In this document: in pieces, positions 17,590 to 27,319 of the stretch
How the letters are laid out: each line of letters begins with the position of its first letter
Numbering within the stretch: position 1 is the stretch's first letter
Assembly: GCA_965267575.1 (NCBI GenBank)
Contig: OZ254086.1
Span: 1,088,001-1,152,000, forward strand
DNA: 64,000 nt
Origin: Calditrichales bacterium
GTDB lineage: Bacteria > Calditrichota > Calditrichia > Calditrichales > J004
Direction: 5' to 3'
Translations under genes and position numbers: made by a program
Notes under the pieces: generated by a model
Told to the model about the DNA's origin: nothing
The model's database searches: none
What the model saw: the letters and a program-made list of their open reading frames with translations, nothing else

Positions 17590-20500
17590 CTATTTCACAA
17601 GCAGCATTTTGCGGCTTTGGATAAAATCACCGGCCGTGAGCCTGTAGTAATAAACACCGCTGGATAAGGCCCGACCGTCCACAAGAGCGGTATGTGCCCC
17701 GGCCTCCAAGCGCCGGTTCAGGATGGTGGCCACCCTGCGGCCAAGCACATCATAGAGTTCCAGCCTAACCTGAGCCGCGCGGGCCAATTCAAAAGGCACC
17801 GTGGTTTGCGGGTTAAACGGATTGGGGTAGTTGGCCCCCAGCGCGAATCGCCGTGCCTGTTGCGGTTTCTCGTCTTCAATTGAAGTGGGGAACGTATAGA
17901 TAACATAGGCGCTGTCGGGGCCGGGCCAGTCACTCAACGGACTCAGGTTTGTAACAACGCTTTGCGTCAGGCCGCTGCCCCCTGCGGCAATATCATAAAA
18001 ATGGTAATCGCCGCCAACGTGGTCTTTCAGGCCAATCATGGCGCCTATATCGCCACCGCCGAATGTACCCTGCTGCACCGGACCGTAGACAAATTCTATA
18101 TGCGAATCGCTTTCATGAATGTGCACCTGGAAGTTGAGACGTGTTGTCGTTTGGTTGGCATCAAAATAGGCGCGGACATTGTTGTATTCGATAACAAAAA
18201 CCCGGTTTGGCTCACTGCCCAGGGTTTGGTGCCCGACAAAACCGGCGCCAGCTCCCGTATCGGTATTCAGGTCTTCCCACCAGGGACCCAGCGTTTTTGT
18301 GGGCCGGCTGGTTGAGGCCAATGAGCCGTTCTGGTTAGCGCCGATACTGCCAATCTGCGAAGAGGTTGAAAGCCCGTAGGTCGTACCGTCCCCACCGCGG
18401 CCAAACTCCACCCAGCCATTCGTGCTGATCTGCACTTTATTATAGGTCTCATTATCAAAGGTCACCGAGAAGGGCAAATTCACATTGCTCTGCACATCGT
18501 CTCCACGCGGCAAAATAGTCGGATTGTCGAGGCTTGTATAGGCGCGGTAAATCTTGGATACCTGCGTCTGCGTAATCGTCGGCGGTGCAATGACGCTGGT
18601 AAGCAGGGTCACATCACGCTGCCCGTCGTTAAACACAATCCGGTAAGTGCCGGCATCTTCCACGCTGAACGGCTCATCCATCTGCCAGGGCAGGCTGCCT
18701 TGCGGATCGGCGCAGCACACCTGTTTTTCTTCCGCGTAAACCAGGTTATCCTGATCATCATACACATTTACGGAAAGCAGGGCTGCTGTTTGCTGATTGC
18801 CTCCTCCCGGATTTTGCAACGTTCCCGAAAAACGCAAATCGCTGCTGCCGGTGATGATCGTGGCCGGCAAGGGATCGAATGTAGCGACGTAATGCTCATC
18901 CGGCGTGTGGTATAATGGCCGCTCCCAAAAACCGTTGCCATGCGTGGCCAGACGCAGCTTACGGTTGGCGTTGGAAATATTCAGATCCATGGCGATCACC
19001 GCTTCCGGCAGATCGCGGCTGTAAATGTACCAGCTGTCGCCGCCATCGGGAGTGAGATAGACGCCCAGATCATTACCGGCATACACATGCTGCGGCTGCA
19101 ACGGATCAATAGCCAAAGCAAGCGTCGGTACATCGGGCAGGCTGCCTGTTATATCGGTCCAGCTTTGTCCGCCGTTGGTCGTTTTATAAACGTGGCCGCT
19201 GCCATAGCCGCCAATCGCAATATAAGCGGTTTGATTGTCCTGCGGGTGGATGGCGATATCCATCAAATAGCGGTCGGGCAGAATGCCGGTAATATCCGTC
19301 CAGGAATCGCCGCCGTCCTCGCTGCGGTAAACGTGGGCCCTTGAAGAGATAGGCGAAGTCGCTCCCATGATCACGTCGGCGTCATCGGCGGCCACATCCA
19401 TGGCCAGGAAAGGATTGTTGTCGAAGCTGGCGCCGGATGCTTTCAGCTGCCACAGATTTCCCAGGTTCTCCGTGCGGTAAATGCCCTGACGCCCCGAATA
19501 AAGCACATTAGGCTGCTCGCTGGCGACAACATAGGGCGCGATAAAGGCCCGCCGCTCCGACGACATGCCATTTGTTGCCGTTACAAAATTCTGTCCGCCG
19601 TCTTCCGAGCGCAGAATATTGTTGTATTGCCAGGAACCCCACATGATGTTGTGGTAAAGCGGATGGATTGCCGCCCAGGAGCCGTCACCGCCGATGACAC
19701 GGCGCCAGTTTTTACTGCCCTCGTAGATAACCGTGTTGTTATCCTGCAAGCCGCCGATGGCCAGAGTGGAGTCGGTCCAGGCGCTGGCGGTGCCGTTGTA
19801 AAACTGGCTGGTCACCAGTCCCTGTCCTATGTCCTTGTAAACGCGCCCGAAGTTGGCGCTGCGGTAAACGCCGCCGTCATTGGCAATGTACAGCACGTTG
19901 GGATTATTGGGATCTTTGGCGTAGTTGTGGTGGTCCACGTGTGGCCCGCTGATCTGGTCGAGACTCTGGCCGCCGTCACTGGAGGCATAAATCTGCACCC
20001 CGGCATGAACCACCTTTTGCTCATCAGTGGGGTGGACGGCAACAAAATGGGCAAAAAAGCCCTGGTACTGCGGCACGTCTACGCTATGAACAAGGCTCCA
20101 GCTTGTGCCAAAATCATTACTGCGGTAAAGGCCCTTGCCGTTGAGACTGTCGGCCACACTGGCAAACACCGTATCGGGACCGCTGTCAAAATAGTCGATC
20201 AGGGTTTTGCCGTGGAAAGAGGGTATTCCGTTTACTTTGGAAAAATTCTTGCCGCCATCGAGGCTGCGGTAAATGCCACTGTTGCTGCTGCCGAGGTTGC
20301 CGCAGGAGACCAGCACCTTCAGCGTATCATCGGGGTTAACGATGATGTCCTGCGCCATGGGAACATCCAGAACGGTGTTCCAGCTTGCGCCGCCGTTTGT
20401 GCTTTTAACCAGTCCTTCCGTTGTGGCGGCATAGACGCTGCTGCTGTTCTGGGGATTAATGACAATATCCTGTATACCGCGCTGTTGCGACTGTGTCCAG

Positions 20501-21102
20501 TCCAGCGCTTTGTTCCAGGTCTGGCCGCCATCGCTGCTTTTTAAAATGCCCACGCCATAGCTGCCACGGGTGGTGCGGATAACAAAGCCGCCGATCGATT
20601 TCTGGTAACCGTAAACTTCACCGCTGCCAATGTAAACGGTATTGCTGTCGGCCGGATCGATGGCAATAGCCATAACGCCCAGCACAGGATAGCCGGTTTC
20701 GATCTTGTGCCAGCCTGCGCCGGTGGATGCCTCATGGGTACGCCATAACCCCCCGCTGGCTGATCCGGCATAAAGCGTCTGGCTGTTTTGCGGGTTTACG
20801 GCCAGGGCGATCATCCGTCCGGGCACATTGTCCGGCCCCATGCTGCGCCAGCCGGCTCTTTCAAAATCAGGCTCCAAGCCGGTTTTGGAAAGGGATTGCC
20901 GTTTCTCCTTTTCAAAAGCGTCGAAGTAGGCTTTTTGCGGAATGTCGCGTCCCGGGTAAGCGCGCGATTCGGTCCACAGACGCAGGGCTTTGTAAGCGCC
21001 GGACAAGCGCTTTTCCTTTTGGGCAGGCTGTTCGGGTAGCAGCAAAAACACAACGCTGGCAATTAAGGCAATCGATAAAAGAGCAAAAAACAGACGGCGC
21101 AT
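17590..21102 (-). CDS. Large secreted VPS10/BNR-repeat protein with T9SS-like C-terminal domain
   Basis: WRSMGP..VPGR, many SxDGGxTW repeats, HVDHH, GGLQDN, GGDG; C-terminal NYPNPFNPQT. Confidence 0.87.
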   Translation of the reverse strand: MRRLFFALLSIALIASVVFLLLPEQPAQKEKRLSGAYKALRLWTESRAYPGRDIPQKAYFDAFEKEKRQSLSKTGLEPDFERAGWRSMGPDNVPGRMIALAVNPQNSQTLYAGSASGGLWRTHEASTGAGWHKIETGYPVLGVMAIAIDPADSNTVYIGSGEVYGYQKSIGGFVIRTTRGSYGVGILKSSDGGQTWNKALDWTQSQQRGIQDIVINPQNSSSVYAATTEGLVKSTNGGASWNTVLDVPMAQDIIVNPDDTLKVLVSCGNLGSSNSGIYRSLDGGKNFSKVNGIPSFHGKTLIDYFDSGPDTVFASVADSLNGKGLYRSNDFGTSWSLVHSVDVPQYQGFFAHFVAVHPTDEQKVVHAGVQIYASSDGGQSLDQISGPHVDHHNYAKDPNNPNVLYIANDGGVYRSANFGRVYKDIGQGLVTSQFYNGTASAWTDSTLAIGGLQDNNTVIYEGSKNWRRVIGGDGSWAAIHPLYHNIMWGSWQYNNILRSEDGGQNFVTATNGMSSERRAFIAPYVVASEQPNVLYSGRQGIYRTENLGNLWQLKASGASFDNNPFLAMDVAADDADVIMGATSPISSRAHVYRSEDGGDSWTDITGILPDRYLMDIAIHPQDNQTAYIAIGGYGSGHVYKTTNGGQSWTDITGSLPDVPTLALAIDPLQPQHVYAGNDLGVYLTPDGGDSWYIYSRDLPEAVIAMDLNISNANRKLRLATHGNGFWERPLYHTPDEHYVATFDPLPATIITGSSDLRFSGTLQNPGGGNQQTAALLSVNVYDDQDNLVYAEEKQVCCADPQGSLPWQMDEPFSVEDAGTYRIVFNDGQRDVTLLTSVIAPPTITQTQVSKIYRAYTSLDNPTILPRGDDVQSNVNLPFSVTFDNETYNKVQISTNGWVEFGRGGDGTTYGLSTSSQIGSIGANQNGSLASTSRPTKTLGPWWEDLNTDTGAGAGFVGHQTLGSEPNRVFVIEYNNVRAYFDANQTTTRLNFQVHIHESDSHIEFVYGPVQQGTFGGGDIGAMIGLKDHVGGDYHFYDIAAGGSGLTQSVVTNLSPLSDWPGPDSAYVIYTFPTSIEDEKPQQARRFALGANYPNPFNPQTTVPFELARAAQVRLELYDVLGRRVATILNRRLEAGAHTALVDGRALSSGVYYYRLTAGDFIQSRKMLLVK

Positions 21103-21214
21103 GGCTCCCCCAGGTGAAAAAATGGAATGGGCCTATAATAACGGTTTTTTTGAAAAATGAAGGTGATAATGAGTAAAACGCAGATGCGCAAAATAAGCGG
21201 CAGGCATCGCGTTG

Positions 21215-21847
21215 TTAATCGCAAACGGCTATCGCACGGACGGGAGCGCCGTCTGCCCGGACTGTCTTGAGCGGCAGGCAGCTAAAGGTGAATATTTGGC
21301 GAGGTAGCGCGTCAAGATTGGTCAGGTTTTCAATAATTAAAATGTCGCGCTGCAACAAAAGATGGTGGTTTTGCAGATCGGAAGAATCCAGGGCATCGGG
21401 GGAGATAGTGTCAAAGCCAACGCCCTTTATTGGGATGCCGCATAACCAGCGCGCGGCTTCAGCAGTCAAAACGGGATAACCGTTGAAGTAAGCCGCTGTT
21501 TTCCATTTTGGCGCCCAGCCGCAGTTGAAAATGATGAAATCCAACGCCTCGGGCTTTTCGATCGCCTCCTGCAGGAAGGCTTTTTCTACGGCTTTCTTTC
21601 CGCGGCAATCCACAACGCGCGCCCGGCCGATAAATTTTTCCACAGGAAAATCACCCAGCGTTTTGCCACCCTCGAGGATGTGGCACGGCGCATCGATGTG
21701 CGTAGCGTGATGGCTGAACAGCGTGAGACGCTTTTCGGCATAACCGTTTTCTGCAATGGAGGCCACATCTTCAAACAAAGGCCGGTCGCTGCCGGGATAA
21801 ACGGAAATGTCTTCTTCAATGGTGTGGGAGAGATCGATGATGCGCAT
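21215..21847 (-). CDS. Cyclase family protein (kynurenine formamidase-like)
   Basis: IIDLSH, HHATHIDAPCH, GFDTISPD, IIENL, DGAPVRAIA. Confidence 0.88.
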   Translation of the reverse strand: MRIIDLSHTIEEDISVYPGSDRPLFEDVASIAENGYAEKRLTLFSHHATHIDAPCHILEGGKTLGDFPVEKFIGRARVVDCRGKKAVEKAFLQEAIEKPEALDFIIFNCGWAPKWKTAAYFNGYPVLTAEAARWLCGIPIKGVGFDTISPDALDSSDLQNHHLLLQRDILIIENLTNLDALPRQIFTFSCLPLKTVRADGAPVRAIAVCD

Positions 21848-21907
21848 GGCTGAATTTAAGAAATCTCAAATAGCAAAAAACAAATCCGAAACAATAATAC
21901 CCTGTTT

Positions 21908-22333
21908 TCATTTGGCTTCAATGCCCATGGCACGCGCAATAAGTTCGAAATCGTGGTGATTAATCTCGAACAGGGAGCGGCGAAATCTTACGCCCCAATA
22001 ACGCTTGTCCTTAATGAAAGAAAGGTCATCCAGCAGCGGCTGTATTTTGGCGGGGCGCACCTTGGCGTAAGCCACATTCCGGCGCCAGGGCGCAAAGCCA
22101 CCGGGAAGCTCGACCTGATAGGGCTGCCCGGCCCGAATCTGGCCGAGAGCCACAAAGGCCTGCACTTTTTCGCCGTTCTTCAGCGTCGTGCGCGGCGCAT
22201 AATAGATCAGCCAGTCGCCGCTGTTAAGCCGCCTGATGTGCGTGAGCCGGCCGTGGCCCAGCTGGCAAAATTTACCACGCACGCCAAGCATAATATGCTC
22301 TTTGGCTGCTACTCCTATCCAATACTTTGACAT
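21908..22333 (-). CDS. EVE domain protein (UPF0310-like)
   Basis: YWIGVA..EH...G, QLGHG, GDWLIYYAP, PWRR.V, WG..FR..LFEI...DF. Confidence 0.88.
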   Translation of the reverse strand: MSKYWIGVAAKEHIMLGVRGKFCQLGHGRLTHIRRLNSGDWLIYYAPRTTLKNGEKVQAFVALGQIRAGQPYQVELPGGFAPWRRNVAYAKVRPAKIQPLLDDLSFIKDKRYWGVRFRRSLFEINHHDFELIARAMGIEAK

Positions 22334-22368
22334 AAAACGGGGTTTGTTTTTATTACTGGTTTTGGGTT

Positions 22369-22590
22369 AACCACAGAGAGCACGGAGCGGTTCACAGAAG
22401 GCATGGAGAAAATCTTTTAATGGAGTTTGGCGCAAAAATTCGTTCCCCCTTAAAAAAGGGGGCCAGTGGGTTGTCCTTTGCAAAAAAAGGCAAAGGCTGC
22501 ATACACAACCCCTTAATCCCCTTTGTTAAGGGGAAATCAACCTTTTTAACCACAGAGAGCACGGAGGGCTTCACATAGTACGCTGAGGAT
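22369..22590. repeat. AACCACAGAGAGCAC repeat copies plus a CCCCTT...AAGGGG palindrome pair
   Basis: AACCACAGAGAGCACGGAG at about 22369 and 22548; TTCCCCCTTAAAAAAGGGGG and TCCCCTTTGTTAAGGGGA lie between them. Confidence 0.7.
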
Positions 22591-22625
22591 TTTCTATAAA
22601 ATTATCCGCGCCGCGGTGATTAACG

Positions 22626-22996
22626 CTATTGGTTGACCTCTTTTTGAATACTGATAACCGCCCTTTTTAGTCCGAGGATTTTCTCATCACAAATATTGAA
22701 AACCACTTCTGCATCCAGATCAAAATAATGGTGGCTCAAAAAATCCCGGACGCCTTTTGCACCCTTCCAGTCAATTTCCGGATGTTCGTCGAAAAATTTT
22801 TTGCCACCTTTTTTTCAAAATTTTTAAGGCTCTCACCAATCGCTATCAGCATCATGCCTATCGCGTCAAGACGATCTAAGCCATCATCCGCTAAAAAGTC
22901 TTCTGGTGAATTAATACCGGAGAAACGTCGCTCTATCTTGGAAATGCCTTCCAAAATCTGGCTTATTATTTCTGCAAGCAGAGCTCTATCAGACAT
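22626..22996 (-). pseudogene. HEPN/DUF86 (HepT-like) ribonuclease toxin, split by a -1 frameshift at about 22809-22815
   Basis: Frame 0 gives ...LIAIGESLKNFEKK then stops at 22736. The -1 frame continues GGKKFFDEHPEIDWKGAKGVRDFLSHHYFDLDAEVVF...EVNQ* (stop 22626) and contains the HEPN Rx4HxY motif. Confidence 0.85.
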
Positions 22997-23276
22997 AGAT
23001 GGCTTCGGAATCGATGCGTTTTTTTAGAAAGGCATTCATGTGTTTACGGTATCGTATCAGATCAACAGAGGAGTGGAGTTCCTTTTCAAGTTTTTCCTTG
23101 ATATGAACCATCGCGTACAAATCGGGTGGCATTTCCACAACGATATCAACATCATTGTTAGTAACGCCTTTTCCGCCCGCGGCAGAACCAAAAAGCCCCA
23201 GGCGCTGAACACCGTACTTGCTGCGCAGTTCAGGAACCAGTGTTTTTAATTTTGCCAATATTTCTTCTTTGCTCAT
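22989..23276 (-). CDS. Minimal nucleotidyltransferase (MNT) antitoxin
   Basis: YGVQRLGLFGS, DVDIVVE, VDLI; overlaps the HEPN start. Confidence 0.88.
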   Translation of the reverse strand: MSKEEILAKLKTLVPELRSKYGVQRLGLFGSAAGGKGVTNNDVDIVVEMPPDLYAMVHIKEKLEKELHSSVDLIRYRKHMNAFLKKRIDSEAIYV

Positions 23277-23338
23277 GATCTCTTTCTCAAACCTTACCTA
23301 AAATCGACAGGCAAATACGGGTTTGTCAAACTTTTCTA

Positions 23339-23447
23339 AACCACAGAGAGCACAGAGCAGGTTCACGGAGAACACAGAGAAATGTTCTTTTGATATTTAA
23401 AATAAAACTTTGTGGCCTCTGTGAGAGCCTCTGCACCCTCTGTGGTT
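23339..23447. repeat. Inverted AACCACAGAG repeat pair
   Basis: AACCACAGAGAGCACAGAG...CACAGAG followed by the inverted CTCTGTG...CTCTGTGGTT. Confidence 0.72.
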
Positions 23448-23453
23448 ATCCTC

Positions 23454-25730
23454 CTACTTCAGTAAAAGCATTTTGCGGGCACGGGTTTCGCCATTGGCGC
23501 GCAGCACGTAAAAATAACTGCCGCTGGCCAGGTTGCGGGCATCCCATAAAACGCGGTAGCTGCCCGGCTGCTTTTTGCCATCCACCAGCGTGGCCACCTT
23601 CTGTCCCAAAACATTGAAAATATCCAGCCGTACCTGCCCCGCTTTTTCCAGCCGGTAGCGGATGGTAGTCGTGGGGTTAAACGGGTTGGGATAGTTGGGT
23701 AAAAGCTCCATGCTTAGCGGAGCGTTCAGTTTTTCCTGAGCGATATCGGAGACGAAATCGCCGCTGGTGTTAAAAGCGAAAACATCTTCGGATGTCACCG
23801 GGCGACGCGTGTAGACGAAGTTGGTATCACCGGGTTGGGGGTAAAGCACATCGCCGTCCGGGGCCAGGGCGATAATCTGCGCGTGTGTGTTGTTGCTGGA
23901 TTCGCGGTACTGCTCAGGCGTCAGCATGACCACATCTTCGGTGGGCTCCCAGCGTGTGTTTTGCAGCTTGTTGTCTTCGGCCACAAACAGCTCCAAGCGT
24001 TCACCGTCGGTGAGGTTCCATGCATAAAAAGGCACCGGCACATCACCGAAATAGCCCTGGGCGGTGTCGCTGGGCTGTGCAAACGTACCATCGGAAAGTG
24101 TGTCGGTGTTGCCCCAGATAATGGCCACATCGATCGGCGCCAGCAGGTACGTACCCAACGTCGGTTCGCCGATTTCAAAGGCCAGGTTGCTGCCGCTGTT
24201 GTTCTCGAAATAGCTGTTGGCGTAATCGAGGTCAAAATCAAAAACGGGCTTCATCTCCACGGCGATGCCTTCAAACACCTCACTGATGTAGAACATATTT
24301 TCGCCCCCGTTCAACGGCAGCGACTCCACAACCACGGCATCATCTGTCAGGTTTCTTATCTGGGCCGTGGCTTCGCTTTCGCCGGCCTGCGGAAAGCTGA
24401 TTTCGTAATTGGCGTCTTTCACATCATCGGGATTGACCACGTGTACGGTAAAGCGAAACGACGAATTGCCTGCCGTTTGCTGCTGTTTGGAATCGGCAAA
24501 ATAACCCACCGGCGCGATGGGCGTCAGGCGGCGGCCGATCACCTCGTAGTCGGCGTCAAACTGGCCCCAACTGGACCAGGCAAAGAGCCACTCGCCGTCA
24601 TTGTCCGTGGGCAGCAGATCCGGTTCCCACTGAAAATTATCGGTGTAAAGGTTCAGCGGTGTTTCAAAAGCATGCTTGCGGATTTCGGTTTCGCCGCGGC
24701 GAAAAACCTGGGCCACCACCCCTTCACGGCTGCCATCCTGCTCAAAGCTGCCCCAGGCCACGGCAAAGGTGCTGTCGTTGCTTTTTTGGATGCGCGGCAG
24801 CCACTGGTAGTGATGCGTTGTCTCGTTGACCTGCAGTTCGTTGCCCAACTTGCTGCCGGCGTTGTCAAACTGCTGCAGGTAGATGCCACCCTTGTCGCCG
24901 TCCTGCTGCCAGGAGCACCACACGGCCACCCAGTTGCCGTCGCTAAAAGTCTCCACATCGCCCAGCCACTGGTAGTCGTTGGTGTAGCTGTTGATGCCGG
25001 TCTCGGCGGTCAGTGCTTCGCCGCTGGCGCTGAAAACGCGACCCAGTTGGCCGTAGCCCGAAGGCGTCGCCACATCCTGCTTGAACGATTCCCAAACCAC
25101 CACAAAACTGCCATCGTCAAAATAGCGCAGCGCGGGATGGGCCTGGCTGTAGGCGGTGCGATTGTTCACACGGAATTCATCCGTGGCTGCTGTGCCGTCG
25201 CTGTTGAACATACGCGCGTAAACGCCGCGATCGCTGCCATCCTGGTACCACGATTCCCAGGCAATGGTAAAACTGCCGTCGCTGTGCATTGCCACGGCCG
25301 GGTTGGTCTGGCTTTCGGCGGTGACCTGGTTGACCAGGAATTCATCACCCCAGTTTGCACCATCGTAGAGGCGCGCTTTCACATCAAAAATAGATTCCAT
25401 GCCGTTGTGCGTCACCCAGGTGACAATCAACCGGCCTTCGCCGTCGCCGGCGATGCGCGCTTTTTCCTGCTCACCATCTGTGATTTGGTTGACGACAATG
25501 GGATCGCCGTTTTTATTGTCATTACTTATACTGAGATACTGCAGCATAATATCGCCACTGTCGAAATCATGACTGTTATTCCAGGCAACAACGTACTCCG
25601 TGCTGTTTATACGAGCCAGCTGTGGGTCGCGCTGGACGCCGATAATTTCCGTGTTGACCCGGAATTCTTCGCCGGCCCATGCGGCAATCGCCACAAAAAG
25701 AAAGAGTGTAATTTTAAAAAAGGTTTTCAT
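23454..25730 (-). CDS. Secreted protein with tandem 'EFxVN...Q..P' beta-repeats and a T9SS-like C-terminal domain
   Basis: Signal peptide; repeated EF.VN...Q..P.VA...G.F.V.W.S..QDG units; NYPNPFNPTT. Confidence 0.82.
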   Translation of the reverse strand: MKTFFKITLFLFVAIAAWAGEEFRVNTEIIGVQRDPQLARINSTEYVVAWNNSHDFDSGDIMLQYLSISNDNKNGDPIVVNQITDGEQEKARIAGDGEGRLIVTWVTHNGMESIFDVKARLYDGANWGDEFLVNQVTAESQTNPAVAMHSDGSFTIAWESWYQDGSDRGVYARMFNSDGTAATDEFRVNNRTAYSQAHPALRYFDDGSFVVVWESFKQDVATPSGYGQLGRVFSASGEALTAETGINSYTNDYQWLGDVETFSDGNWVAVWCSWQQDGDKGGIYLQQFDNAGSKLGNELQVNETTHHYQWLPRIQKSNDSTFAVAWGSFEQDGSREGVVAQVFRRGETEIRKHAFETPLNLYTDNFQWEPDLLPTDNDGEWLFAWSSWGQFDADYEVIGRRLTPIAPVGYFADSKQQQTAGNSSFRFTVHVVNPDDVKDANYEISFPQAGESEATAQIRNLTDDAVVVESLPLNGGENMFYISEVFEGIAVEMKPVFDFDLDYANSYFENNSGSNLAFEIGEPTLGTYLLAPIDVAIIWGNTDTLSDGTFAQPSDTAQGYFGDVPVPFYAWNLTDGERLELFVAEDNKLQNTRWEPTEDVVMLTPEQYRESSNNTHAQIIALAPDGDVLYPQPGDTNFVYTRRPVTSEDVFAFNTSGDFVSDIAQEKLNAPLSMELLPNYPNPFNPTTTIRYRLEKAGQVRLDIFNVLGQKVATLVDGKKQPGSYRVLWDARNLASGSYFYVLRANGETRARKMLLLK

Positions 25731-25743
25731 GGCCACGTCCTTG

Positions 25744-26370
25744 TTATTTCATCTGGAAGTCGAGCAGCGGGTAGCTTTTGGCCGGCACGTAGGAGTAGTG
25801 CCACCACTCGACGGAGTAGAGTTCGAAGTTGTATTTCAGCATCAGGTTTTTAAGCAGCGCGCGGTTGCTGTTGACCTCGTCACTGTGGCCGGTGTAATTG
25901 TGTCCGGCTTCGGGTCCGAAGAAATCGAAATCGGTGCCCATGTCAAGCTCCTCGCCGGTGGCTTTATCGATGATGGTGAGATCGACCGCGGAGCCTTTGT
26001 TGTGGTTGGAGCCGTTTGCCGGATTGGCCACGTAGGGCGGCCCGACGATGTCGTACATCAGGTATTGCACCGTGTGCGGGCGGTAGGCGTCGAAGATCTT
26101 CAGCCCCAGCCCCTCGGGACGCTGGATGCCGTTGTGCTCGCTGATACCGGCCAGCTCATCCTGGATTTTTTGCAGCTGTTTGATGCCGCCGATGGAGTAG
26201 AAACATTCATCGGTGCTGTAGAGCTTTTGATCGGTAAAATTGTTGGTGCCGTTGTAGCGGATATCGATGGCGATGTCGGGGATCAGGTCTTTGACGTTGA
26301 CCAGCTCGTCGTTGGCGCTTTGGGCCATCAGCCCGCCGGCCAGCAGCAGAAAAAGAACAAAACGATGCAT
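25744..26370 (-). CDS. D-alanyl-D-alanine dipeptidase (M15D, VanX/DdpX-like)
   Basis: DIRY...NNF, IFDAYRP, SNHNKGSAVDLT, MGTDFD, EWWHY. Confidence 0.9.
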   Translation of the reverse strand: MHRFVLFLLLAGGLMAQSANDELVNVKDLIPDIAIDIRYNGTNNFTDQKLYSTDECFYSIGGIKQLQKIQDELAGISEHNGIQRPEGLGLKIFDAYRPHTVQYLMYDIVGPPYVANPANGSNHNKGSAVDLTIIDKATGEELDMGTDFDFFGPEAGHNYTGHSDEVNSNRALLKNLMLKYNFELYSVEWWHYSYVPAKSYPLLDFQMK

Positions 26371-26454
26371 AACACATTTTCCTGTTTATTAATGGTGTTT
26401 TAGAAATATAAGGGATTGCGGGGAGAAGTGCAGGGGAATATAAGAATGAATTTT

Positions 26455-27189
26455 TTGCGTCTCTACGTTGGTGCTGCCATAAAATTAACAAGCTTATAGC
26501 GTTTTATACAATTCATCCTCTTCCCATCGCGCCGGGTTATTGACGATATATTGACTAATTTTATCGTAATCCCTTTGGTCGCGAATAATATGATCCCAAT
26601 AACGGGCCTGCCAGCCAAAAGGTATGTCCTTTTCTCGCGCGTATTTTGTTACACCTATTTTAAATCCGCGGATAATAGATGCCAGGTTTTGGGATTGTGG
26701 ACCGAAGCGGTTTTGAGGTTTGGAGGTGTTTTTAGACGCAACATTTTGCGTCTCTACATTTTGTGGTTTGTCAATTATGAGTATCCCATGAATATGATTA
26801 GGCATGATGATATATTCGCCAGGAATTACAAAAGGGAAATGTACAGGAATTTCCTGCCAGCAGCGCTTGGCCCATGCGCCTAAATCCGATAATTGCATTT
26901 TTGCGGATACTATTTCTCCAAAACAACACATCCTGTCCTTTGTACAGATCGTGACGTAATATGGCGCGTTTTCACCGTAATCCCAGGATGTCAGCCTGGC
27001 GGAAGGAATGCGGTATTTGTTTTTGTAAAGGTTCATGGCAAACCCCAAACGTAGAGACGAAAGATTTTGCGTATCGGATTGCGATTGACCAAAAATACGT
27101 TAATTGGCGACAAATGAAAGCAGGTGGCGGGGTGAAGATTTTATTTTTTTTTCACGTGTTTCGGAAGACGCAAGATGTTGCGTCTCTAC
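26455..27189. repeat. GTAG-type REPs (GTAGAGACGCAA-N-TTGCGTCTCTAC) around and inside the RAYT gene
   Basis: Copies or half-copies at about 26455-26466, 26733-26757 (inside the CDS), 27051-27074 and 27166-27189. Confidence 0.82.
26494..27036 (-). mobile_element. REP-associated tyrosine transposase (RAYT, Y1/HUH)
   Basis: R.PSARL..WDY, YYVTICT, IMPNHIHGI (HUH), WQARYWDHIIR, YIVNNP..W. Confidence 0.88.
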
Positions 27190-27319
27190 GTTTTTTTGAT
27201 CACGATCAGGAGCACGATCATGATCAAGATTGTAAAACCTGAATACATGAACACTTGAACACGCATTAACACACTCTCTTCTTTTTGCACCCATACTTTG
27301 CAAGCACTAACTTCCCAGC

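Noticed and set aside
23835-25853. 672-aa plus-strand ORF
   Set aside because: Antisense shadow of the well-supported secreted protein at 23454-25730; no recognisable motifs.
25744-26370. Vancomycin resistance locus
   Set aside because: Lone secreted VanX/DdpX-like dipeptidase without vanH, vanA or vanRS.
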